A DNA stretch of 64,000 nt from an uncultured Bacilli bacterium (GCA_947588815.1 CANQAG010000005.1:14731-78730), one strand, 5' to 3'; counted from the first letter of the stretch, positions 9,872-20,523 are shown. Notes: generated by a model from the sequence alone, not told the origin. Program-made: numbers and translations.

Positions 9872-10688
9872 GTTTTAAATCCTCGATTCTATTAAAAACT
9901 TCTTCAATTAAAGATGTATCGATATCTTCAATCCTTCCTTGATCGACTAACTCCGCATTTTTTAGATCTAAAGGAATCTCGTTAATGACTTCTAAACCAT
10001 AAGGTTTTAACGCATCCTGCAATTTATCTTTCCCGTAAATATATATTTTATTGTTGCAATCCGGGCAAGTTACATAAGCCATATTTTCAACGACCCCAAC
10101 GATAGGAATATTCATCTCTTTTGCCATCTTCACAGCCTTATTGACGATCGTCGATACTAATTGAGAAGGAGTCGCCACTATGACGATGGCATCTAAAGGA
10201 ATACTTTGAAAAACCGTCAAAGCCACGTCGCCGGTTCCAGGTGGCATATCGATAAAAAGATAGTCTTTTTCTCCCCATAACGTATCGCTATAGAATTGAG
10301 AAACCAAAGAACTTATTAATGTCCCGCGCCAAATAATCGGATCATCTTCATTCTCCAATAACATATTGGAAGAGATGATATCGATTCCTAGTTTGGAAGA
10401 CTTAATCGGATAAAGCAATTCCCCGTCTCCGTATGCTTTTTCATTTAACCCAAAGCATTTAGGAATCGAAGGTCCGGTGATATCCGCATCCAACAATCCG
10501 ACATCATATCCTTTTTGCGCGGCTTTGACTGCCAAAAGGGAACTTACAAAACTTTTCCCGACTCCGCCTTTTCCCGAAACGACGCCGATTATTTTATCGA
10601 CTTTGCTTGCACGATTCAATTCTAATTTAGTGATGCGCGACGAGCAATTTTCACTGCAATTGCCGCAATCATGTGAACAATCTGCCAT
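9864..10688 (-). CDS. mrp: Mrp/NBP35 Fe-S cluster carrier ATPase
   Basis: N-terminal CSHDCGNCSENC, SGKGGVGKS, DADITGPSIP, DMPPGTGD, CPDC. Confidence 0.93.
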   Translation of the reverse strand: MADCSHDCGNCSENCSSRITKLELNRASKVDKIIGVVSGKGGVGKSFVSSLLAVKAAQKGYDVGLLDADITGPSIPKCFGLNEKAYGDGELLYPIKSSKLGIDIISSNMLLENEDDPIIWRGTLISSLVSQFYSDTLWGEKDYLFIDMPPGTGDVALTVFQSIPLDAIVIVATPSQLVSTIVNKAVKMAKEMNIPIVGVVENMAYVTCPDCNNKIYIYGKDKLQDALKPYGLEVINEIPLDLKNAELVDQGRIEDIDTSLIEEVFNRIEDLKHE

Positions 10689-10735
10689 ATATTTTACCTC
10701 TGTGACATTATAACATAACCTTGTTATTAACGTTA

Positions 10736-11338
10736 TTAATTTGTCTCTAAATAAAGATTTGTTTCCCCTTGATCAACTATCGCTATTTTCCCGTTGACCA
10801 ACTTGATGACTTCTGCTATTTTACTTGCCTTCAAATAAACTTCTAAGCTGACTTTTTCACCATAAGAAATTTCCTTGATAATCGCATCGTTCTCTTTGAA
10901 AAATCGCTTGATTATATCTAATAGATTATAATCAAATTCAAATTGATATAGATTGCAATGATAATTTTTTAGTAATGTCGCTTTTTTAAATGCCGCAACC
11001 GAAGAAGCCACATAAGTGCGAAGAAGATTGGAAGCCCCTAATTTAACACCACCGAAATAACGAACCACAATTAATAAAGTGCGTTCTAATTGCTGTCTCA
11101 TCAAAAATTCCAAAAGCGGTCGCCCGGCTGTGCCACTTGGTTCTCCATCATCGGAACTTTTCATATATTCATCATAAATGTAAGCATAGCAATAGTGACT
11201 TGCTTTAGGATACTTTTCTTTGATGTTAGATAAATGTTCTTTAATTGCTTCAAGATTTTTTAATGGAATAAAATTGGCGATAAAGCGCGAATTTTCAACG
11301 ACAATTTCATCATTAACACTTTCTTTTATTCGATACAT
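10736..11338 (-). CDS. yigZ: YigZ/IMPACT family protein
   Basis: ASHYCYAY, SDDGEPSGTAG, VVRYFGGVKLGASNL. Confidence 0.92.
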   Translation of the reverse strand: MYRIKESVNDEIVVENSRFIANFIPLKNLEAIKEHLSNIKEKYPKASHYCYAYIYDEYMKSSDDGEPSGTAGRPLLEFLMRQQLERTLLIVVRYFGGVKLGASNLLRTYVASSVAAFKKATLLKNYHCNLYQFEFDYNLLDIIKRFFKENDAIIKEISYGEKVSLEVYLKASKIAEVIKLVNGKIAIVDQGETNLYLETN

Positions 11339-14300
11339 TACATACTCCGAATAAAAGAAGGAGTTTTAGCTCCTTCTTTTGGTAAGACACTGATTTTATT
11401 ATATGGATTAAGTTCATCAATTTTAGTTCCAATGTTTTGACTCCAAATTTCACCATTATCTTGGAAAGACTTTTCTGAATCAAACTCAACTAAAGTCTTA
11501 AAGTCTAAAGAAAAATTAAGCATAAAACCAATATTGATATCAATACTCGGAAGGTCGTCTTTGAAATTTTCAAAAAGATCTTTAGCTACGATAGAATTAT
11601 TAGAAGTCTTTCCGTCATAACCATTACCTTCGGCTCCCATCATCGTCGTTGAATTTTTAATATTTTCGATTAAATCATTGCGATAACCATTATAAGTATT
11701 TATGCACTCTTCGCTATTTTGGTTATCAACCGGTGATTTTTCTCTGATTAATGTTTCAAGAGATTCTTTGAAATCAGTAAATCCGGAGACAAAATCAATC
11801 AATCCTCTTAAACCACTTGCTTCAACTTTATTAAGCATCTCATAACAATAGTCTTCTTTAGTTCCATACGGAATATCATCGCGCCAATTAATTTTCGTCG
11901 TTCCTTCTTTATATAATGAATCCAATTTTTCATTGAGGAAATTGGCGACAATTTCACTTGTCAAATAACCACGGCGAATAACATTATGCTCCGTACTGAA
12001 AGTTGAAGTGATTATTTTTTCGGCAATCTTACTATCGACGGATTTAATATCATCAATATCACGTAATTCAGAAAGGGTGTGTACCAAAGCTGTAAGATGG
12101 TCGGATTCTTCTTTCCATTTACCACCATCTACGTTATCGTTTGTAGGCATCTTATTTTCTTCTAAATAAGAAATCGTATCTCTTCGACGTTTTGCAGATT
12201 CATTATCATCATTTACATAGGTAGTAGTGTATTCGCTAATATACGATCCTAATAAAGCTTTATCCAACATTGTATAGAGGAAGTCCGCTCTTAAAGGACT
12301 TAAAATCTTAGATTTACCAAGAGGTACTAAAAGTGAAGCAAAATCAAAGTTTTCGGCATTGAATTCAAAACCATCTGCACCGGTTTTATCCCCGAATGTC
12401 GTATAAAGTGAAGTAATTTGTTCGATTTCTTCATTGATTGCAATAACTTTTGCATTGAAGTTGCTGAGATCACCATATGTCTTATAGTTTTCATCAAAAT
12501 AGAAGTATGCCGGATTAGTTTTATCTTCTGTGGTATCAATTCTAAAGCTATTAATTCCGATGTTTTCAAAAACATTTTTAAAGCTGACCGTAACCACTTC
12601 GTTAGTCAAGAAACATTCATTAAATTTTGTAAGAATCTTATTTAAATTAGTAGCATCTAATCCTGCAATACCAACATTATCACTTGCATCGATTTTAAGC
12701 TCAAGCGCTTCTTCAATTAAAGCAAACAATCGATCGATAACACCCGTTTTAGCATTTGAATCATCAAACCACTTAAACGAGTCGCTTTGAGCAACGTTAT
12801 CGGAAATAAAGATAATCTTTTTAACCATTCTATTTTCGCTACTCATTTTTTCTATAGGTTCATAGTATGGATTACTCGCATCATATCCCATATCCATAAG
12901 TCCGGTTTTATTCATGAGCAACAAAATAACTTGCTCAAAGAAAGTCAAATCCCCGACTTTATCAGCACTACTTGAATTTCTCTCAAAAATATTAGGACGA
13001 TCTTTAACCATATTGAAGATACGAGATTGATATAAACTTCTTAAAATCAATTCATAAGCATCTAAAGCAGTTAGATGATTGGTTGTATCAATCTCTTCAT
13101 TTAGACGATTCATGTTCAATGATTCATCTTTCATAAAGTTAGCAAAATTTTTAATTTGATCATAAGCGTTGACATTTTCTTTACCACGCCATCCATCAGC
13201 ACCCTCTTCATAGAAAGGATTAGTAGTTAAAGCTTCAATCTCTTTTCTTCTTAAATTAATTTCATTTTCACGTGATTTTCCGTCTCCAATCCAATCATTT
13301 GCATACATATTTAACTCATTTTTAAGAACTTCAGGATATGTTTTTGATAAATCGAGTCCTTCAATACCGCTGGTCAAAGAAGTATTAGAAGCAATTTGAT
13401 TGCTCATGATATTGACAAAAACCGTTCTTAAAATGTAACTATCATTCATCGCTTGCAAAATATCATTTAAAGCTTTTCCGTCAATTGCTTCTAAATTGAT
13501 TTCCGTTTGATTATCGCCAATTAAAGTATATTTTTCGAATAACTTGATGAGCTGAACTAATTTAGCGATTTCTCCATCGTTATCCCAACTAATATTACTA
13601 TGTAAAGCATCATCGCGACCATCTTGACCCATAATGCGGAAATAGAAGTCCTTTTTGACTTCAGGATCAAGGTTGTTTGATTCATCTTTGATATAAGATC
13701 CTAAAGAATCTTCCATTATATGTAAAATGATATCCGCGAAATGATCATGTTTTGTTCCACTTGAATCATAACCACTATAGGTACCTAAAACTTGAGTTTT
13801 AGATAATGCCTCAAGCAATCCTTGTAACTTAACGTTATCAACACTTAACCAATCAACGTTATCGATTGATTGATAAATCGGATTTCCGGATTCATCATCA
13901 CCCACATACAGAACATCATTTAAAGCATCGACGATTTCACCGAAATTTTGACCTTCTAAAGTCCAATCAGATACAAAGTCAAAATTAGCATATTCCGCTC
14001 CCATCGATTTTAATTCCTTTAAGGCATTTTGATTCATTTTAAAAGGAAGCGATGGTCTTAAAATCTTTGAACTATCAATCTTAGCGATAATTCTTTCCAA
14101 ATCTTCGCCCTTTAGCTCTTCTAATTTGAACGGACTATCAGAACTAGAAGCTAAAATCGCTTTCCCGGTTTCGCCACTATCAAACAACAAACATTCGATA
14201 GTATCGGTAAACAAAGAAATTTCTCCTTTGGTTTCAAATTGTTTAGTATCTTCATTGAAATTAGAATCAAGATATTGTTCGATATCGTCGTATTGATTTG

Positions 14301-17300
14301 GCTCTAACGATACTAGATTACCTTTAGTTAAGAAAAGATCAAAGAGTCCTTCAAAAAAACTAAGTTCGTCTTCAGCTAGTTTAGGATAGTTAAAGATTCG
14401 TGATTGATAAGTAGCATCTAAGACAATTTTCACATCCTTAATTTGATAGTCTTCAAAGTTTTCAACAGCAAAATCTTCATTCCCATCTTTAAAGATACTT
14501 TTTAATTCAACCATCGCCTTGATTGGAGTTAATGGTTGTAATTCACTAGGAACATTTTTGCCTTCACCTTTAATAATCGTAATTCGCGGATCGATACAGA
14601 AATAATCGATTTCAGTTTGACGCAATTCAACTTCTTCTTCACGCGTGCTTACCATTCTTTCAGAACTTGAAGATTTATAATTATATTCAACTCCTAAAAC
14701 TTTGCCACACATAATGTTTTTAGTTTCAATGAGATCCCCGATATCAAGATTATCGATTTGTGCTTGTAAAACATCCGGTAACAAAGAACGTAACGGATAG
14801 ATATTATTGATTGTCGTAAGCGCTTCGTGAATGTCCTCATCTTCAATACTATTGATGTCAATTTTTCCGGATTCGCCAGTATGCTTAGAGAACGATTTAT
14901 ATTTATCGATTAAAGCGACGATTTTATTTATTTCGGTATTTTCATCATCGGGATTATCTTCATCATACCAACAAGCATCCGGTTCATCTTCTAAACGGAA
15001 CATGAAATCTTCGAAAATTTCTTGTCTTATAGGCGAGTTTTCATCATTCAAATCCGCGGAGCCGTATACTTTGATATTATCGATTAACATATGGTGCACG
15101 ATTTCCGCAAAATTATCGTGTGGAATTCCCTCGTTATCGTTATAAACTCCTAATGTCTGCGTCTCATATAAAGACACCAACAAATTTTTAACTTTACTAG
15201 AATCTTGTTCTAACCAATTGATTTCATCAAGTTTAAAATAACCGGTACCATCAGTTTTTTCGGAAATTGTTTTGATTGAATCGATGATTCTTGCTAAATT
15301 TTGACCTTCCAAAGTCCAGTCTTCAATCTTAGTAAAATCGACATTTTTACCACCTAAAGCTTCAAACTGCGATTTCAAATTTTTGTTTAAAATCGTACCT
15401 AAAGATGGTCTAATAAGTTCCGATTGATCAAACGCCGCGAATAGATCTTCAATATCTTTTGAATCGATTTGAGTTAATTCGATCTCTTCAGGTGAATCTT
15501 GACTAAATAGAACGTTGAGACTTTCTGCATTTTGCACTGTTTTAAAGGCGCCGCATAAACTGGAAATTTCTTTTGTCCACCCGTTTCCTTTATCGAGTTC
15601 ATCTAATTGAGCTTCATTAAATACAAAACCGAGATCTTTAATATCGTCACGATCGAGAACTGTTTTCACAATCGATTTAAAATTTCGATTTACTCCTTTT
15701 TTGCTATTATTAAAGATTCTCGACGTAAACATATTTTGTAAAACAATTTCTAAATCATCAAAGTTAATTTCTTTAAACACATCGACATCCGGTTTATCTA
15801 AAGTTTCTAAAAGATCGTCTGCAACATCATAAGTATCGATTAATAAGCCAAGTTCGGTTCCAAAATTATCGATTCTAAAATCAAGATCGCCGAAAGTGAT
15901 GTCACCGAAGATGACATCTTCTTGATTTAAGCTACCTTCAATAATTCCAGGAGCAAGTTTAGTAAAAACGATACTTTGATCTAAGTATGGCGCAATTCTT
16001 TTCAATTCTTGTCGTTGGATTTGATCGGTGAAATCAAAATTATCTAATGGTAAATTAGGATTATTGATTAAAATCGAAGCGCAATCTAAAGCTACTGAAA
16101 ATTCGCGCTTATATGCAAGTCGGGAATCTTCTTGCCCATTTAATTCATTTTCTATCTCATCAAAAGCTCCCGCTTCGACAAATCCTTTATCGATATATTC
16201 TTGAATCATAGGAACTTTTTTTACCATATCAAAAAGCAAGCCGATATTGCGATAAATCAAATCCATATCTAGAATTCCCTTATCGAAAATATCATCATCG
16301 GTTAAAGCCTTGGTTATAGTGCTAGGCATCTTGCCCACTAAAATATCTTTAGTACCACGTAAATAAACTTCATCACCATTTTCATTGACATAACTAACGC
16401 CGTTTATGAGATCTTGATCCATCAACAAATTGGTTAATTCTGTGGTCATATCCGCATTTGAAAAACTCCAATCAAGATGTTTTTCATACTTATAAAGGTA
16501 TAATGAGTCTAAATCGACAACTTTGTTATATAGAATCGCCAATTCTGTTCCCCATTTAATATCTTGGTAAGTTTCAATTTCGTTATTTAAATTTACACCA
16601 TTTTCTATTAGCGATTCATTTTGAGCTAAGCCTGTTACAAGCGGCGGCATAATCATTTTGAAAAATTCGGAATTATCTAAAGAAAGTAAAATCGTAGTTG
16701 CGCTTTGACGATTTTCTTCATAGAAATGAAAATCCATTGGAGTTTTGCCAATGACGCTATCGATTACATTAGCATCGTAAAGAACACCGTAAACATCGCC
16801 TATAAGATGCAATTCATCTTCCCAATCGACATTGGAGAAATCCAAATCGTTAGGATCGATATTGGTGTAATCCTTAACACTATCGATATTGAGGGCTAAA
16901 GAAATTGCGACCGGAAGCAAGCGATGGATGAGTGTCATACTTCCAAGTTTATCAATCAAAGTATTGACAATTTCTTTTTCGAGCAAGGCGGTATATTCAA
17001 AACCATCGCTAAGAGCACCCGTTTGATAAACGGCATCGACGGCGCCTAACACTGAACTTATCGTATCGCTTAACACGAATTTAGTCTTATCGCCAAACTC
17101 CGTATTGGTGAGATAATCCATAAATTGAATATCTAAGGTTTTACCATCATCACTTTTAACGGAAGTTAACATTTGACCGAAAGTCGAATTATTATATCCT
17201 TGCAAAAAATTGATGATCGCATTGTAAAGATCATCATCCAAATCAACTTTTTCGGAACTATTGATGGAATTATTCACAGTATTGAGTAAAGCCGTAAATG

Positions 17301-17874
17301 GTGAAAGGCCAATGCACAAAATAGCGGTCCACTGCACCATGTTAACAACCGCCCCTATTGGTTTTAACTTTTTCTTCTTACGGATTCTTTTTGGAATTAT
17401 AAATTTAAAAAGACAATGATAAAGCAAAATACATAATAATTTTCCGACTATTAATACAAGTAAAAAGTCGCAAATAAACACCACGAAAGATAAAATCGAC
17501 ATAGTGAGAGTTCGATAAGTATCGACAATTGTCGGATCTTTTAAAATGCTCAAAGAATCGTTTAGCGAAACCAAATAATCGAATCCGAGATCTCCGATAT
17601 TTGTCGCGGTCGAATGAGGGATATTCAGCATCTGCTTTAAATTATCACCATAAGCCCCTAAATCAAATTCGTAAACCATCTTCGTAATTTGATGATTAAA
17701 AACGATAATAAGTACCAAGAAAATACCCATCATTACCGTATGAAATGTCGTTTTCCAGATTCCTTTAAAAAATCCGATCACGCCAGCTAATATTATTAAA
17801 ACTATTAAACCTATGGTAACGTAATTGAAAATTGTAGCCCAATTTTCTGCATTGATGCTTGCTAAACCTTCCAT
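11338..17874 (-). CDS. Giant (2178 aa) membrane-anchored acidic repeat protein, unknown function
   Basis: Uninterrupted ORF; GGAGG RBS; about 4 N-terminal TM segments (CvpA-like), then Asp/Glu-rich helical repeats. Confidence 0.85.
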   Translation of the reverse strand: MEGLASINAENWATIFNYVTIGLIVLIILAGVIGFFKGIWKTTFHTVMMGIFLVLIIVFNHQITKMVYEFDLGAYGDNLKQMLNIPHSTATNIGDLGFDYLVSLNDSLSILKDPTIVDTYRTLTMSILSFVVFICDFLLVLIVGKLLCILLYHCLFKFIIPKRIRKKKKLKPIGAVVNMVQWTAILCIGLSPFTALLNTVNNSINSSEKVDLDDDLYNAIINFLQGYNNSTFGQMLTSVKSDDGKTLDIQFMDYLTNTEFGDKTKFVLSDTISSVLGAVDAVYQTGALSDGFEYTALLEKEIVNTLIDKLGSMTLIHRLLPVAISLALNIDSVKDYTNIDPNDLDFSNVDWEDELHLIGDVYGVLYDANVIDSVIGKTPMDFHFYEENRQSATTILLSLDNSEFFKMIMPPLVTGLAQNESLIENGVNLNNEIETYQDIKWGTELAILYNKVVDLDSLYLYKYEKHLDWSFSNADMTTELTNLLMDQDLINGVSYVNENGDEVYLRGTKDILVGKMPSTITKALTDDDIFDKGILDMDLIYRNIGLLFDMVKKVPMIQEYIDKGFVEAGAFDEIENELNGQEDSRLAYKREFSVALDCASILINNPNLPLDNFDFTDQIQRQELKRIAPYLDQSIVFTKLAPGIIEGSLNQEDVIFGDITFGDLDFRIDNFGTELGLLIDTYDVADDLLETLDKPDVDVFKEINFDDLEIVLQNMFTSRIFNNSKKGVNRNFKSIVKTVLDRDDIKDLGFVFNEAQLDELDKGNGWTKEISSLCGAFKTVQNAESLNVLFSQDSPEEIELTQIDSKDIEDLFAAFDQSELIRPSLGTILNKNLKSQFEALGGKNVDFTKIEDWTLEGQNLARIIDSIKTISEKTDGTGYFKLDEINWLEQDSSKVKNLLVSLYETQTLGVYNDNEGIPHDNFAEIVHHMLIDNIKVYGSADLNDENSPIRQEIFEDFMFRLEDEPDACWYDEDNPDDENTEINKIVALIDKYKSFSKHTGESGKIDINSIEDEDIHEALTTINNIYPLRSLLPDVLQAQIDNLDIGDLIETKNIMCGKVLGVEYNYKSSSSERMVSTREEEVELRQTEIDYFCIDPRITIIKGEGKNVPSELQPLTPIKAMVELKSIFKDGNEDFAVENFEDYQIKDVKIVLDATYQSRIFNYPKLAEDELSFFEGLFDLFLTKGNLVSLEPNQYDDIEQYLDSNFNEDTKQFETKGEISLFTDTIECLLFDSGETGKAILASSSDSPFKLEELKGEDLERIIAKIDSSKILRPSLPFKMNQNALKELKSMGAEYANFDFVSDWTLEGQNFGEIVDALNDVLYVGDDESGNPIYQSIDNVDWLSVDNVKLQGLLEALSKTQVLGTYSGYDSSGTKHDHFADIILHIMEDSLGSYIKDESNNLDPEVKKDFYFRIMGQDGRDDALHSNISWDNDGEIAKLVQLIKLFEKYTLIGDNQTEINLEAIDGKALNDILQAMNDSYILRTVFVNIMSNQIASNTSLTSGIEGLDLSKTYPEVLKNELNMYANDWIGDGKSRENEINLRRKEIEALTTNPFYEEGADGWRGKENVNAYDQIKNFANFMKDESLNMNRLNEEIDTTNHLTALDAYELILRSLYQSRIFNMVKDRPNIFERNSSSADKVGDLTFFEQVILLLMNKTGLMDMGYDASNPYYEPIEKMSSENRMVKKIIFISDNVAQSDSFKWFDDSNAKTGVIDRLFALIEEALELKIDASDNVGIAGLDATNLNKILTKFNECFLTNEVVTVSFKNVFENIGINSFRIDTTEDKTNPAYFYFDENYKTYGDLSNFNAKVIAINEEIEQITSLYTTFGDKTGADGFEFNAENFDFASLLVPLGKSKILSPLRADFLYTMLDKALLGSYISEYTTTYVNDDNESAKRRRDTISYLEENKMPTNDNVDGGKWKEESDHLTALVHTLSELRDIDDIKSVDSKIAEKIITSTFSTEHNVIRRGYLTSEIVANFLNEKLDSLYKEGTTKINWRDDIPYGTKEDYCYEMLNKVEASGLRGLIDFVSGFTDFKESLETLIREKSPVDNQNSEECINTYNGYRNDLIENIKNSTTMMGAEGNGYDGKTSNNSIVAKDLFENFKDDLPSIDINIGFMLNFSLDFKTLVEFDSEKSFQDNGEIWSQNIGTKIDELNPYNKISVLPKEGAKTPSFIRSM
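12750..15470 (-). repeat. Intragenic tandem duplication of ~451 aa (two diverged copies; outer limits approximate)
   Basis: Paired motifs RPSL, DWTLEGQN, HDNFAEI/HDHFADI, YQSRIFN, LSFFE/LTFFE; DWTLEGQN codons at 15301 vs 13948 and RPS at 15404 vs 14051 are both 1353 nt apart. Confidence 0.8.
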
Positions 17875-18031
17875 CTTAATTTAACCTCCGAAAATTCTCT
17901 TGAATACTCTCGTATGAAAAATATTAATAAATTAAAAATTTATTACTACTCTATATAATAAAATTTTGATTAAAAAAAAACAAACAAAACATTTGTTTTT
18001 ACAATATTATCCAATATACTTTAAAGAGGTG

Positions 18032-18817
18032 ATGAATGTGTTGAATAAATTTAAGGAATTAGTTCGTAAATTTAATGATTCACGTAAAGAACTGATTTTT
18101 GCTCCTTTCCGCACAAAAATAATTTGCTTTTTAGTTGGTTTTCTAGGTCTTGAAATAGTGTCGATATTACTCAGTTTTATTCTTAATACAACCGGAGTAA
18201 TAAGCCAAGAAAAAATAGAGATAATGTCAGTATCGGAAATCAATGAAATTAATGCTTACTTCCAATTGGCCACTTATTCTATAGGTTTCTTACTTTTATT
18301 GAGCGTATTAGGCCCTGCCTTGATAAAAAAAATCGCAAACCAATTTACTAGAGCAAAACTTATCTCTAACGTAGCGACATTTTTCGCCGTACTTTTGCTT
18401 TTTAATTACGTTTGCAGTATTATTCCTCAAATTATCGGAGCCCATAACAATAGCAATCAAACCGCAATCGATAACATCATATTGGTTAAGCCTTTTGTAA
18501 GTTTTATCGCTATTGTTTTGATCGGTCCCATTGTTGAAGAAATAACTTATCGTTTTGGACTTTTCGGATCTTTGTATCAAAAAAATCGATTGTTAGCTTA
18601 TTTTGTCTCTATGTTATTTTTCTGGTTAATTCATTTTGATTTTACTAGTATTGGAACTAACAATTTTATCTCTGAACTTGCCGCTTCTCCGGCTTATATA
18701 TCTGCCGGATTAGTCCTTTGTATCGCTTATGAAAAAACTGAAAATTTAGCAGTTCCGATATTAGTTCATATGTGTAATAACTTGCTATCATTTTTAGCTA
18801 TCGCTTTATTTGTATAG
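18032..18817 (+). CDS. CPBP (Abi/CAAX) intramembrane metalloprotease
   Basis: GPIVEEITYR, FFWLIHF, PILVHMCNN; start refined after AGAGGTG RBS. Confidence 0.88.
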   Translation: MNVLNKFKELVRKFNDSRKELIFAPFRTKIICFLVGFLGLEIVSILLSFILNTTGVISQEKIEIMSVSEINEINAYFQLATYSIGFLLLLSVLGPALIKKIANQFTRAKLISNVATFFAVLLLFNYVCSIIPQIIGAHNNSNQTAIDNIILVKPFVSFIAIVLIGPIVEEITYRFGLFGSLYQKNRLLAYFVSMLFFWLIHFDFTSIGTNNFISELAASPAYISAGLVLCIAYEKTENLAVPILVHMCNNLLSFLAIALFV

Positions 18818-18828
18818 ACTATAAAATT

Positions 18829-19626
18829 ATGAAAGTATCAGTTAATCGTTTTGCTTTAAAAATAATCGCAATGATAACCATGGTTGTCGACCACTTTGCA
18901 TTAATATTGCTTAATGTTAGCGATCCGTGGTATTTCCCTTTGCGCTATATTGGAAGAATTTCGTTTCCTCTTTTTGCCTTATTAACGGTCGAATCGATGA
19001 TACATTCAAGAAACAAGGTTAGGTATATTATTCAACTTTTTACTATAGCTATTGCTATCGATCTTTTCACCTTTGCTTTTGGTTATTATCAAGCTATAGA
19101 TGGTAATCCAATTACCACCTTGGCTTTATCTTCATTAGCGATTTATTGTTTACAACAGAAAAAATTTTTGAAATTATTCGCCCTTCTTCCTTTAGTGGCA
19201 ATTTTGCTAATATCATTTAAAATTGTCCCTCTTCATGCGAGTTATGATCTTTACGGATTCTTAGTTATTGTCGGTTTTTATCTATGCTACTGTTATGCAA
19301 ATTTAAATTTAAAGTCGATCTCTTATAATCAAGGCGTTGACGAAACGGCATTAAAAGAATCTAATTATTATCGTCACTTTATCAATGCTTTATGTTGCAT
19401 TTATTTTGTGGTTTTAAGTTTATTTTTCTACTTCGTGCCGCTTTACAATATAAATAATGTGCCGATTGTCAATGCCCATGCACAAATGTATGCTTTATTT
19501 TCTCTTTTCTTTATTGCGTTATATAACGGAAATAAAGGATATGACTCAAAGCTGTTTAAATGGGGATGTTATATTTTTTACCCTGCGCATATTTTGATTT
19601 TGTTGTTATTTGCTATGATAATTTAG
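18829..19626 (+). CDS. TraX-family membrane protein (putative acyltransferase-like)
   Basis: LKIIAMITMVVDH, IGRISFPLFA, LYNGNKG, FYPAHILIL. Confidence 0.85.
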   Translation: MKVSVNRFALKIIAMITMVVDHFALILLNVSDPWYFPLRYIGRISFPLFALLTVESMIHSRNKVRYIIQLFTIAIAIDLFTFAFGYYQAIDGNPITTLALSSLAIYCLQQKKFLKLFALLPLVAILLISFKIVPLHASYDLYGFLVIVGFYLCYCYANLNLKSISYNQGVDETALKESNYYRHFINALCCIYFVVLSLFFYFVPLYNINNVPIVNAHAQMYALFSLFFIALYNGNKGYDSKLFKWGCYIFYPAHILILLLFAMII

Positions 19627-19688
19627 CATTTTAATTTTATTTAAAATCGCATGCGGTATAATATATATTGCTCAAGGAGGTAATAACG

Positions 19689-20006
19689 ATGATTCAATAT
19701 ATCGATGATTATGAACAATTCAAAGAAGTTATCAAAGAAGGTATAACGTTGGTTGATTTTTTTGCTACTTGGTGTAGCCCTTGTCGAATGCTTACTCCAA
19801 TTATTGAAGAATATAGTGAAAAGAATGAAACCATTAAAGTTATCAAAGTCGATGTTGATAAGGCTCATGAACTCGCAACAGAATATGAGGTGTATTCGAT
19901 TCCTACTTTATTGATAGTAAAAAATGGCGAAGAAATAGCGAGACGTTTAGGCTATATGCCTTTAGAAACACTAGAGGATTTTGTTAAGGAGAATTTAACA
20001 AAGTAA
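19689..20006 (+). CDS. trxA: Thioredoxin
   Basis: DFFATWCSPCRML, KVDVD, SIPTL. Confidence 0.93.
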   Translation: MIQYIDDYEQFKEVIKEGITLVDFFATWCSPCRMLTPIIEEYSEKNETIKVIKVDVDKAHELATEYEVYSIPTLLIVKNGEEIARRLGYMPLETLEDFVKENLTK

Positions 20007-20100
20007 GGTTACTGCTCTTTTTAAACGAGTTTTTATTTATTTTATTTTTTTCTTGCCTTTCGCTAACATTCCTCATATAATAGACAATGCTTAGCGATAC

Positions 20101-20174
20101 GCGAGCGTAGTTCAGTGGTAGAACACAACCTTGCCAAGGTTGCTATGCGGGTTCGATTCCCGTCGCTCGCTCCA
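20101..20174 (+). tRNA. trnG: tRNA-Gly (GCC)
   Basis: GCGAGCGTAGTTCAGTGGTAGAACACAACCTTGCCAAGGTTG...GGTTCGATTCCCGTCGCTCGCTCCA cloverleaf. Confidence 0.95.
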
Positions 20175-20187
20175 TGAAAGAGAATCT

Positions 20188-20222
20188 CGTTCTATTATCA
20201 AAAATAATAGAACGATTTTTTT
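20188..20222 (+). terminator. Terminator of tRNA-Gly
   Basis: CGTTCTATTAT-CAAAA-ATAATAGAACG followed by a T tract. Confidence 0.8.
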
Positions 20223-20523
20223 CTTTTTATAGCACTTTCGTGGTAGTTCGTTAACTTTGTAGACCATAGAATTTTTTGAAAATTTATCAAATTAATAAAT
20301 TTAAAGTTTTTGAATTAAAAAAATATGCTTTGTTTTTGTAAAGTGATAGTTTAGGGTCATATAGAGTTTGAACCCTACCGTGTATTATGGGTTTGAACTT
20401 TTTAAGATAAAAAACATCTACCAAAATTGATTCACCCATTCATTTGGGTGAGTTTTTATGGTACATTTGTTTGGATATTTAGTCCACAAAAAAAGAAGTT
20501 CCTATGTGGAACTTCCTTGTAAT

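Noticed and set aside
18829-19626. TraX as evidence of a conjugative element
   Set aside because: No other tra, relaxase or T4SS genes; TraX-family genes are commonly chromosomal singletons
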